Positions 1 through 8,229 of a stretch of DNA of 64,000 nucleotides are shown here, one piece after another (the stretch's first letter is position 1; every line of letters begins with the position of its first letter). Location: positions 5,607 to 69,606 of the IMG/VR virus record IMGVR_UViG_3300042898_004337. The stretch is one strand, 5' to 3'. Under the pieces are notes generated by a model, which worked only from the letters and a program-made list of their open reading frames with translations, ran no database searches and had not been told where the DNA came from. The translations under genes and the position numbers were made by a program. Source of the stretch: a virus.

Positions 1-558
1 ATTCAGTACCTGCGTGACGAATGCGCCAAACACTCTAACGTCTATTTCTTGGAAAAGGACACGAAGATCATCGATGATGTTGTGTTTGTAGGAGGTACTT
101 TGTGGACTGATATGAACAAGGGTGACCCTATAACTCTTCACGCTGTTCGTGATATGATGAACGACTTCCGTATTATTAAAAACGATGAAAAAGGTTACAC
201 ACCTTTGAAGCCTGCTGATACTGCTATTCGTCATCGTGAGACACTGCAATACATCAAACACATTGTCAGTGAGCACAAGGACAAAAAGTGTGTCGTTATT
301 GGACATCATGCACCTAGCAAGATGAGCACACATGAGCAGTACAAATCTCAATATCTCATGAACGGTGCTTATAGTAGTGATCTAAGTGAATTCATTATGG
401 ACCATCCGCAGATCAAATTGTGGACACACGGACATACGCATCACCCATTTGACTATGTCATTGGAGAGACTCGTATTGTTTGTAACCCTCGCGGATATGA
501 AAGCGACGGATACTGTGAAGACAGCGGTTGGGACATTACAAAAATAGTGGAAGTATGA
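1..558 (+). CDS. calcineurin-like metallophosphoesterase (5' partial, runs off window start)
   Basis: Open frame from nt 1 in same frame as ORF 49-558; GHHAP and GHTHH metallophosphatase-like motifs. Confidence 0.55.
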   Translation: MQYLRDECAKHSNVYFLEKDTKIIDDVVFVGGTLWTDMNKGDPITLHAVRDMMNDFRIIKNDEKGYTPLKPADTAIRHRETLQYIKHIVSEHKDKKCVVIGHHAPSKMSTHEQYKSQYLMNGAYSSDLSEFIMDHPQIKLWTHGHTHHPFDYVIGETRIVCNPRGYESDGYCEDSGWDITKIVEV

Positions 559-806
559 GTAGTACTGTACGTATATCGTGGGTTCGTAAATATGATAACT
601 CATTCTATTGGAATGAAGTATGTACATGGGCAATTGAATATTTTGGCCTGCCTGGGGGCAGATTCGAAACCCATGCCAATGTAAACTACATGGACTTTAT
701 TTTTAAAAGTAATAAGGATGCATTATTGATGGCGTTACACTGGAATGCCGAGATAGTGCCAAATGAACAAAAAACTGTGGAAACTTTTTCAAATTTCTCG
801 CAGTAA
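555..806 (+). CDS. hypothetical protein
   Basis: ATGA start/stop overlap with upstream gene; 83 aa ORF in track (528-806). Confidence 0.4.
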   Translation: MSSTVRISWVRKYDNSFYWNEVCTWAIEYFGLPGGRFETHANVNYMDFIFKSNKDALLMALHWNAEIVPNEQKTVETFSNFSQ

Positions 807-906
807 TTTGATATTTCGTGTATAAATAATATTGTAAGACGCCGTAAGGGTTTTACATTGAGGTATGGTACCTCAAAATGATTCTTGCTTATTAAGGAGA
901 AAAACT

Positions 907-1338
907 ATGAATCAACTCGCACGTTTCGACACCACCGCTCTAAATCAACTAAACAGAGCACTTATTGGATTTGATAGCCTTTTCAACGATGTTGAAAGAC
1001 GATTTTCAAACTCCGTTCCTAACTATCCTCCATACAACGTTCTAAAGCACGACGACAATTCTTTTGAAATTGAAGTTGCTGTTGCAGGATTTGATCGAGA
1101 GGATATCAGCATTGAGGTAGATCAAAGTCTACTTATTATTAAAGGCCAACGCCAGAAAGAAGACGACACATCTAAGTATGTATATCGTGGACTAGCAGCT
1201 CGAGACTTCGAACGCACGTTTACTCTTGCAGAGCACATTATTGTGGGCAATGCAGAATTGACAAACGGTATTTTAAGTGTTAAACTAACACGAGAAGTAC
1301 CTGAAGCACTCAAGCCTCGCGTGATTGCAATCAAGTAA
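907..1338 (+). CDS. small heat shock protein Hsp20/alpha-crystallin family
   Basis: AGGAG RBS 10 nt upstream of ATG 907; alpha-crystallin domain-like sequence (FEIEVAVAGF...SV.LT). Confidence 0.7.
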   Translation: MNQLARFDTTALNQLNRALIGFDSLFNDVERRFSNSVPNYPPYNVLKHDDNSFEIEVAVAGFDREDISIEVDQSLLIIKGQRQKEDDTSKYVYRGLAARDFERTFTLAEHIIVGNAELTNGILSVKLTREVPEALKPRVIAIK

Positions 1339-1380
1339 TATAACCCAGGGGGAGGCAACTCCCCGTCCAATAGGAATAAT

Positions 1381-1698
1381 ATGGCATCTGATACAATTAT
1401 CGAAAAAGACACAAAAACTATTTCTAAAAATAAGGAAAAAAGTCAAGAACCTACTAGGTACAAAGTCATTGTTTGCAACGACGATGTTACTCCTGTTGAA
1501 TTTGTAATATCCATGCTAGTTGCTGTGTTTAGACATAGTGAAAAAAGTTCTCTTGAATTGACTTTAAAGATACATAACAACGGACACGCTGTTGTAGGAA
1601 TCTATAGTTATGAAGTTGCAGACCAAAAAGGAATCGATGCTACCAATCTTGCTCGTACTAATGGATTCCCTTTGATAATTAAAGTAGAACCAGAATGA
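1381..1698 (+). CDS. clpS: ClpS-like ATP-dependent Clp protease adaptor
   Basis: YKVIVCNDDVTPVEFVISML...H..G.AV.G matches ClpS core (E. coli [20 protein letters not shown]). Confidence 0.7.
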   Translation: MASDTIIEKDTKTISKNKEKSQEPTRYKVIVCNDDVTPVEFVISMLVAVFRHSEKSSLELTLKIHNNGHAVVGIYSYEVADQKGIDATNLARTNGFPLIIKVEPE

Positions 1699-1706
1699 GG
1701 ATTTAA

Positions 1707-2243
1707 ATGAGCTTAAAAGATTTAACCAGTGCTAAACATGCAGAGGCTGAATCTACTCCGTTTATGAAGGCAGTGTTTGCAAAAACCCTGCCTTTTGATT
1801 TGTGGGTAGATTGGACATATCAAAAGTGGCTATTCTATGGAGCCATTGAAGGTGCCGCAGGGGCCAATCGATTGTTAGGAGACTTGCCAGACTTACGCCG
1901 TGCATTTTATCTAGCAATGGATTATCAAGAAATGAACGGGGACAATCCCCGCCATGAGTTCCGTCCTATCGTTGTTGACTATTACAATTACATTCTAATC
2001 ATTAGTAAAGATCCTAACAAGATTATGGCACACTTGTATACATGGCACATGGGTGACATGTTCGGTGGCCAAATGATTAAGAAGATTGTTCCGGGCGCAC
2101 ATCGTAACTTAGAGTTCGAAGATCCCCGAACACTGATGACCAATATTCGTGCCAAGCTAGACGACAGCATGGGCGATGAAGCCAATGTGGCCTTTGATTG
2201 GGCAATACGAATGATGAGGGACTATGACAGTAGTTTGGGATAA
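1707..2243 (+). CDS. heme oxygenase-like protein (HemO/PigA-type)
   Basis: GAGGA RBS; N-terminal ...H.EAESTPFMKAVF... resembles bacterial heme oxygenase helix; adjacent to bilin reductase gene. Confidence 0.5.
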   Translation: MSLKDLTSAKHAEAESTPFMKAVFAKTLPFDLWVDWTYQKWLFYGAIEGAAGANRLLGDLPDLRRAFYLAMDYQEMNGDNPRHEFRPIVVDYYNYILIISKDPNKIMAHLYTWHMGDMFGGQMIKKIVPGAHRNLEFEDPRTLMTNIRAKLDDSMGDEANVAFDWAIRMMRDYDSSLG

Positions 2244-2895
2244 GGTTAGTAAACTAGCCGCTGATATTACAGAAAGATTTAATGTTGTCGGGGAACAGAT
2301 TAATTCCCCGACTGCACATCAATATGGTTGGCATAATACTCTATGGTCCAGTAACCAATTCCGCAGAGCACATGTTGAAATTGTAGATTTCCGTGAGACC
2401 TACAATATCTACATATTACATGTCACAGTATTTCCGCACTTCAACGATCCTAGCCCTATCTATGGGTTTGATGCTGTATGCGGCCCAAACAAAATAACAG
2501 GTGCGTTTCACGACTTCAGTCACGCTGGTGATCCTAATAGTTTTATGTACTTGTGGTTTAAAGCCCAGGTGCATGGACTAGAATGGAACAAGCCTAGACA
2601 ATTACCCGAGTGGGCACAACAGATATTCAGTCCTGCTATAGTAGCTGCTGGTAACCTACAAGACGAAGCTGAAATAGACCAACTATGCAATACAGCATTA
2701 ACCACATTAGATTTCTATCTAAAGAATGTAGGAATAGAACAACAAAGTGGTGCTGATTATCACATGGCACAAAATCGTTATTGCCATTATCAGAAACAGA
2801 ATCCCCATGTGATCAAAAGTATGATTAGTATGGGCATATCTGAACCTACTATGAAGAAATTCGTACAGGAAATCTTATTCCCGGAATTTCACTAA
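2224..2895 (+). CDS. ferredoxin-dependent bilin reductase (PebS/PcyA family)
   Basis: GAGGGA RBS; FDBR-like core (ILHVTVFPHF...IYGFDAVCGP); follows heme oxygenase as in cyanophage ho1-pebS pairs. Confidence 0.6.
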   Translation: MTVVWDKVSKLAADITERFNVVGEQINSPTAHQYGWHNTLWSSNQFRRAHVEIVDFRETYNIYILHVTVFPHFNDPSPIYGFDAVCGPNKITGAFHDFSHAGDPNSFMYLWFKAQVHGLEWNKPRQLPEWAQQIFSPAIVAAGNLQDEAEIDQLCNTALTTLDFYLKNVGIEQQSGADYHMAQNRYCHYQKQNPHVIKSMISMGISEPTMKKFVQEILFPEFH

Positions 2896-2905
2896 ATACT
2901 CTATT

Positions 2906-4288
2906 ATGCGATCACGTGAATTTTTAACCCTATTAGAATCCGAGCAAACTCTTAATCCTAACAAACTGACAAAAGATATGGTACGGTTTGATAGGCTCAT
3001 TGCTAATATTACTGCCGGCAACCCTTTATACTTAAAAGACGGTACTCCTGTTGTTATTAAAAACACAGAAGCAAAGCGATTACAAGATCTTTTTGATCAA
3101 GGAAAATTTGCTGGTACTATAACTCTACTAGGTGCAGATCAAAAACCCTATCCACTGGGATCATTCTTAAAAACAAAAGAATACGGTGGTCAAAGTGTTC
3201 CTCCTAATCAACAAGACACAGATGCAGTTCCTGTTGCTGGCCTTAGACCAGGACAGGTCTTCCAACACGGTGACCCAAATAAAGATCAAAATCTAACACC
3301 CGAACTTGCCTTGGAGTTGGGGGCATTTCTTGCGGGACAATTGGGGCAAAAGATACAATCAAATAAACATCTTGATAGTCAGGGTGCAGCTGGTGCGGCT
3401 GTTAAAGAAATTTCCCGTGCAATTGATGCAGAACAAATTCCGACGGTTCCAGATCTCAGCAAATCAGAAATTGGCAACATACAAAACTATGGATTTGAAT
3501 ATCTAGGAGTACAAGCCCTAATCAAAGGTGTTGCAAATTTTCCAAATTCTGAAGCATTTTACGAACACGTGGGCGGCAATCTAGAGGAATTAGTATTATA
3601 TTTTCCGGCTAGTTCTAGTAATCCTGTAGCAGATAGTTACGCTCTTGTTAACAGAAAAACTGAAAATACTATTTTTATCAGCAGTAAGGGCGCTGGAGGT
3701 GGCATGCCAAGCAGTGTAACCGCATTAAAGATTCCCAATAACATGAGAAAAATGATTGGCAAAGATCCTGCAATTACATTTATTGACATGTTGCAACAAA
3801 ATGCCAAACCTGCATGGATACAACCGTTCTATGCCGCAAATTGGTTAGAAGAAAACTATCCAGGTTCAATGGGAGAATTAAGTAAATTTTTACCCTTTAC
3901 TGACGAATTGTTTATATATTTGTCCACTATTCTAAAATCTCGTAACGAAGGTGTGCCAGAAACACTAGATCAAATTCCAGCAGAATTTCAAGAACTATAT
4001 AAGTTAGTGGAAACTTCTATAACTGCTAAACACCCTTTATGGTACTACTTGAGATACTATGTCAAGGATGTAATTCATAGTGCTGTTAAGAAAGGCGTCA
4101 TTCCTAATTTTTCTAAACGTATGATTGAATTGTTAGGACAGAATTTTGTTCTATTAAAAACCACTATTAAAGGCAAGCAATTTATAACAGATGTAAAATG
4201 GCCTTCAAAAGTAGGTGGTACTATTACATTTGAGCACAAAGATCCTGCTCCAAAATGGGATAGTGCAATGACCTGGAAACTTAATTAA
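2906..4288 (+). CDS. hypothetical protein (460 aa)
   Basis: long ORF, no recognisable motif. Confidence 0.5.
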   Translation: MRSREFLTLLESEQTLNPNKLTKDMVRFDRLIANITAGNPLYLKDGTPVVIKNTEAKRLQDLFDQGKFAGTITLLGADQKPYPLGSFLKTKEYGGQSVPPNQQDTDAVPVAGLRPGQVFQHGDPNKDQNLTPELALELGAFLAGQLGQKIQSNKHLDSQGAAGAAVKEISRAIDAEQIPTVPDLSKSEIGNIQNYGFEYLGVQALIKGVANFPNSEAFYEHVGGNLEELVLYFPASSSNPVADSYALVNRKTENTIFISSKGAGGGMPSSVTALKIPNNMRKMIGKDPAITFIDMLQQNAKPAWIQPFYAANWLEENYPGSMGELSKFLPFTDELFIYLSTILKSRNEGVPETLDQIPAEFQELYKLVETSITAKHPLWYYLRYYVKDVIHSAVKKGVIPNFSKRMIELLGQNFVLLKTTIKGKQFITDVKWPSKVGGTITFEHKDPAPKWDSAMTWKLN

Positions 4289-4325
4289 TTATTCCTGTCG
4301 TTAAGTATATACTAAATACTTAACG

Positions 4326-4694
4326 ATGGAACTGCTCTCAATACTCCTTCTTTTGCAGATCAAGCATTGTTATGCTGATTTTGTCCTGCAGACTTATCAA
4401 CAGACCGTTAAAAAAGGTGTGTGGATGGACCCCACGGGAATTAGTCATACAACAGATCATATGTATTGTACTTTAATAGCAATGCTTATTTTCAGTTTCT
4501 TTGTTCCTGTTGGTGCGTTTGCTATAATATTTGTTACTCTAATTGAAGGTATTGTTCACTATCTTGTGGATTACAGCAAGGTAAAGTATGGTAGCAAAGA
4601 CAACACTAAACCTATCTTCTGGACACAGTTCGGTCTAGACCAGCTAGCACATCAAGTCACATACATATGGATGATATGGTTTTTGTTAGTTTGA
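4326..4694 (+). CDS. hypothetical small membrane protein
   Basis: 122 aa, three hydrophobic segments; 10-bp inverted repeat hairpin overlaps its start. Confidence 0.45.
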   Translation: MELLSILLLLQIKHCYADFVLQTYQQTVKKGVWMDPTGISHTTDHMYCTLIAMLIFSFFVPVGAFAIIFVTLIEGIVHYLVDYSKVKYGSKDNTKPIFWTQFGLDQLAHQVTYIWMIWFLLV

Positions 4695-4695
4695 A

Positions 4696-4726
4696 TTGTT
4701 AAACCCAACAAAACTGCGTATATAAT
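4696..4726 (+). promoter_or_regulatory. candidate sigma70-like promoter upstream of curli-like operon
   Basis: TTGTTA-N19-TATAAT; spacer longer than optimal. Confidence 0.25.
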
Positions 4727-4773
4727 CGCTCTCCAAATGCCCTTAAATATATGTAAGGACATCGGAGCGAGCA

Positions 4774-5262
4774 ATGAAGAAAATTAAAATAGCGTTAGGA
4801 GTATGTCTTACACTAGGACTTGCTACTGCAAATGCAGAATTGGTACACCAATTCAACAATCCTACCTTTAGCGGTCAAGGGTGGGCCAGCCAAGTGCTGA
4901 CTATGGAGCAAATGCGACAGAGCGCACAGGCCAGTAAAGCGTCAAGAGAGGCTGGAGAAAGAGCCGCAGCAGAAGCGGCCGCAGCAAATACACCGTTGGC
5001 TAGATTTATGAATCTGTTTACAGGACAAGTATACAGTCAATTGGCTACACAGTTAACTAACAATCTGTTTAAAGAATGTACTGGATCAAATTGTTCTAAA
5101 GGTGAGTTTATGGTAACTGAAACACAAAAAATTGTCTGGACTAAATTAGAGAATAATGTTACGCTGAATGTTTTTGATGGAAAAATCGTTGACAAGAAAT
5201 TTGTTCCAAATGCAAGTCCGACACAGACTATCACTGTGCCAGTATCTAGTTTTAATTTTTAA
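4774..5262 (+). CDS. csgF: CsgF-like curli assembly protein
   Basis: signal peptide then ELVHQFNNPTFSGQGWASQVL matching CsgF N-terminus ([22 protein letters not shown]). Confidence 0.6.
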   Translation: MKKIKIALGVCLTLGLATANAELVHQFNNPTFSGQGWASQVLTMEQMRQSAQASKASREAGERAAAEAAAANTPLARFMNLFTGQVYSQLATQLTNNLFKECTGSNCSKGEFMVTETQKIVWTKLENNVTLNVFDGKIVDKKFVPNASPTQTITVPVSSFNF

Positions 5263-5272
5263 GGAGCGATGG

Positions 5273-6238
5273 ATGAGAATATTTAAATTATCAACTATTG
5301 TTCTTGCAACAGCAGTATTGATGGGGTGTGCATCCGTAGTTAGACCTTTTGGCAAAGTAGGTATTGGAGACATACCAAAAGTAACAGAGACTATACAAAA
5401 AGAAATTGATACACTACCTGCGCCAGACGGTCCTAAGATTGCAGTGGCAGTTTACGGATTTAAAGACATGACTGGACAGAGAAAAAACAGCACCACGCTG
5501 AGTTTATTCTCAACCGCAGTAACACAAGGTGCCGAAAGTTATCTAATCAAGAGTTTACAAGAAGCAGGTAATCGTCAATGGTTTACTGTAGTAGAACGTG
5601 TTAATCTTGACAACCTATTAAAAGAACGTCAGATGATTAAACAGACTCGTGAGATATACGACGGAGCTAATGCTAAAATGCTACCACCTTTGGCATTAGC
5701 TGGAGTTATTCTAGAAGGTGGTATTATTGACTATAACAGTAATGTCCTAACAGGCGGAACTGGATTTGCAGTTTTAGGAATTGGCCCATACACACAGTAT
5801 ATGCAAGATCAAGTGGTAATCAGTATGAGATTAGTCAGTGTACAAACCGGAGAAATATTAACCAGTGTTACTATTGAGAAAAATCTTTTGAGTACCAAAG
5901 ACGGTACAACTGCTGTTAAATTTTACAATCAAGGAACGCGATCATTTGAGTTTGACAGTAGTCAAACTTTTAATGAACCAGGCAACTATGCTCTAAGGTC
6001 GGCAATTGAGCAAGGAATTATTGAACTAGTTAAAAGTGGAAAAAATCTAGGTCTATGGAAATTCAAGGAGAAACCTAATGAGTTGGTTCAAAAGGAAGCC
6101 CCACGTGAAGGAGCCGCCCAAACACCTTCCGCATCGTCAGTACAGCCCAGCAACGGAAAAAATGCTAGAGGAAGTAAAGAAGAAGGTAGTTGGAATGCTA
6201 CCGACGGATCAGGCAACAGGATCCAAACAACAAAATAA
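5273..6238 (+). CDS. csgG: CsgG-like curli secretion channel lipoprotein
   Basis: AAGGAG RBS; lipobox LMGC; LPAPDGPKIAVAVYGFKDMTGQ, WFTVVERVNLDNLLKERQ, ILEGGIIDYNSNV..GG.G...GIG..TQY..DQV...RLVSVQTGEIL all align to E. coli CsgG. Confidence 0.8.
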   Translation: MRIFKLSTIVLATAVLMGCASVVRPFGKVGIGDIPKVTETIQKEIDTLPAPDGPKIAVAVYGFKDMTGQRKNSTTLSLFSTAVTQGAESYLIKSLQEAGNRQWFTVVERVNLDNLLKERQMIKQTREIYDGANAKMLPPLALAGVILEGGIIDYNSNVLTGGTGFAVLGIGPYTQYMQDQVVISMRLVSVQTGEILTSVTIEKNLLSTKDGTTAVKFYNQGTRSFEFDSSQTFNEPGNYALRSAIEQGIIELVKSGKNLGLWKFKEKPNELVQKEAPREGAAQTPSASSVQPSNGKNARGSKEEGSWNATDGSGNRIQTTK

Positions 6239-6273
6239 AGTGAGACCGGTCAACAAAACCAGGAGCAAATAAA

Positions 6274-7080
6274 ATGAAAAAAACACTATTAGCAATTATA
6301 TTAGCCGCAACACTGCCGGCTTTTGCACAAACAGCACCTACTGCACCAACGCAGGCTAGTGCGCCCACGATTACTACAGCCAGTACCACACGCTTTGCAG
6401 CAGGCGTTACGGCTGCATTAGGTGCAAGTACAACTAACATTATCTATCTAGAGCAGACTGGATCTGCACCTACAGTCAGTATCAATCAAGACGGTAACAG
6501 TAACCGTGCTGGTGCTACTGCCGCAGGTGCTATTAACAGTATGATATTAGATGGTAATAATCAAGTTGTTACTATTGACCAAACAGGTAACAATAACATT
6601 ATCGACACAATGAAAATCACCGGAAGTGATGCTAATGTTTACTTGCTACAGTCAGGTAACAGCAACACAGCCAATGTAAGTTGTGGATTGACAACAACCT
6701 GTGCAGGACAAGCTGGCCTTGATGAAAATGCATTGCTTGATTTAAGATTCACTGGTAACAGCAACACTGCAAATTATACCGGCAATGGTACAGCACTTCA
6801 AGCAGCAGCGTATGTTACAGGCAACGGTAATACACTTAACTTAGAACAATCTAGCTCTACCGGTGCTGGTCAACAAATGTTGATTAACTTGTCAAGTAGT
6901 GACAACAACACTGTTAACGTTCTGCAATCTAGTGCAAGCATGAGCAGTTTAGTATTGGCACAAAACGGTACAGGTAGTACAACATTCAATATTAGCCAAA
7001 CAGGGGCATACTCTAACGTTGCTAATATTTCAGCCACAGCAGCAGGTGGTACTTTCAACATCATTCAGAAGAGCCGTTAA
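6274..7080 (+). CDS. secreted curlin-repeat protein (CsgA/CsgB-like)
   Basis: AGGAG RBS, signal peptide, about 8 degenerate curlin repeats (Q.G..N.A......Q). Confidence 0.65.
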   Translation: MKKTLLAIILAATLPAFAQTAPTAPTQASAPTITTASTTRFAAGVTAALGASTTNIIYLEQTGSAPTVSINQDGNSNRAGATAAGAINSMILDGNNQVVTIDQTGNNNIIDTMKITGSDANVYLLQSGNSNTANVSCGLTTTCAGQAGLDENALLDLRFTGNSNTANYTGNGTALQAAAYVTGNGNTLNLEQSSSTGAGQQMLINLSSSDNNTVNVLQSSASMSSLVLAQNGTGSTTFNISQTGAYSNVANISATAAGGTFNIIQKSR

Positions 7081-7092
7081 TCGGAGGATGCT

Positions 7093-8229
7093 GTGAAGTT
7101 ATGGGCCATTGCACTATGGTTGGTTTGCACCACTGCGGTTGCTGATATAGGATCAGTTGTTGATCTGTCGGGCACCGCAGTTATTAAACGTGGCAAAACA
7201 ACCGTCGCTGTGGTCAAGGGCACTGTAGTAGAAACCAATGACAAAGTTGAAACTAAAAACGGTGTAGTCAACATCAAGTTTAAAGATAATACCACTGTTA
7301 GAATAACTGAAAATAGTGCATTGGTAATAGATGACTTTGTATACGATCCTAAAAATGCTGCGGGCGGCAAACTTAGCCTCAAAGCCGCCACTGGTACTGT
7401 ACGTTATGTATCTGGCAATATTGCACACAACAATCCCAACAGTGTAAAAATTAATACACCCACTGCGTCTATCGCTGTTCGCGGTACTGACTTTGTTATG
7501 AGTGTTGACGAAACAGGCAAAAGCCTTGTTATGTTAATGCCTGCATGTGAAGTAAATCAAAGCATCAACTTAAAGGGAATGGTCTGTGGCAGTGGTCGCA
7601 TAGATGTTGACAGCGGATCAAAAATAATTACATTAGACAAACCTTATCAGGCAACCATTGTTGAAACAGCAGCAACACCTCCCACTGCTCCCGTAGTAGT
7701 TAACTTAGCCAATACTGCAATTGGTAATAATCTATTGATTCGTTTACCGAGCACTATGTCAGGTGTTGGTATACAACAGGCTGCTCGTGCTGCTGCTGAA
7801 AAAACCGGCGATGCTAAACGTGACGATGACAAGAAAGACAACAAAGATCCTAGTTCGGCAGAAGCCAAGGCAACTAACGATCAACAGAAAAACAATCAAG
7901 AACGAACTTCTAGAGAGCGAGATGCAGAAGATCGTGCCCTATCATTACTAACAGAACTAAAAGATAGGGGTGTTGTGGTAACAGACAAAGCATTTGAAAA
8001 CGAACATGTGGTTAGATACTACAAGAACGATAATCCAAACTTAAATCAATTGGGTATAGGCTATATGAGTCTAAGTGCTAATGGCAATAACTTTACCGCC
8101 ATAAGTCTAACCAATGACAACAAGGTGTTGGTAGTTGTTACACAGGATAGAATTACTGATGCGTTTAATTTTGCCGGGGGTAACAGTAAACCACAAGGCA
8201 GTATCATTATTAATCAGAGTTACAGATGA
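7093..8229 (+). CDS. secreted FecR-domain protein with acidic/lysine-rich C-terminal region
   Basis: GTG start after GGAGGA; signal peptide; TPTASIAVRGTDFVM resembles FecR domain core. Confidence 0.45.
   Translation: MKLWAIALWLVCTTAVADIGSVVDLSGTAVIKRGKTTVAVVKGTVVETNDKVETKNGVVNIKFKDNTTVRITENSALVIDDFVYDPKNAAGGKLSLKAATGTVRYVSGNIAHNNPNSVKINTPTASIAVRGTDFVMSVDETGKSLVMLMPACEVNQSINLKGMVCGSGRIDVDSGSKIITLDKPYQATIVETAATPPTAPVVVNLANTAIGNNLLIRLPSTMSGVGIQQAARAAAEKTGDAKRDDDKKDNKDPSSAEAKATNDQQKNNQERTSRERDAEDRALSLLTELKDRGVVVTDKAFENEHVVRYYKNDNPNLNQLGIGYMSLSANGNNFTAISLTNDNKVLVVVTQDRITDAFNFAGGNSKPQGSIIINQSYR

Noticed and set aside
6198-7428. Antisense ORFs within curli-like genes (6198-6440, 7077-7391, 7153-7428) and within rIIA/rIIB (32885-33283, 33314-33724, 35230-35625)
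   Set aside because: They lie opposite or out of frame to strongly supported genes with recognisable homology, so they are likely chance ORFs.
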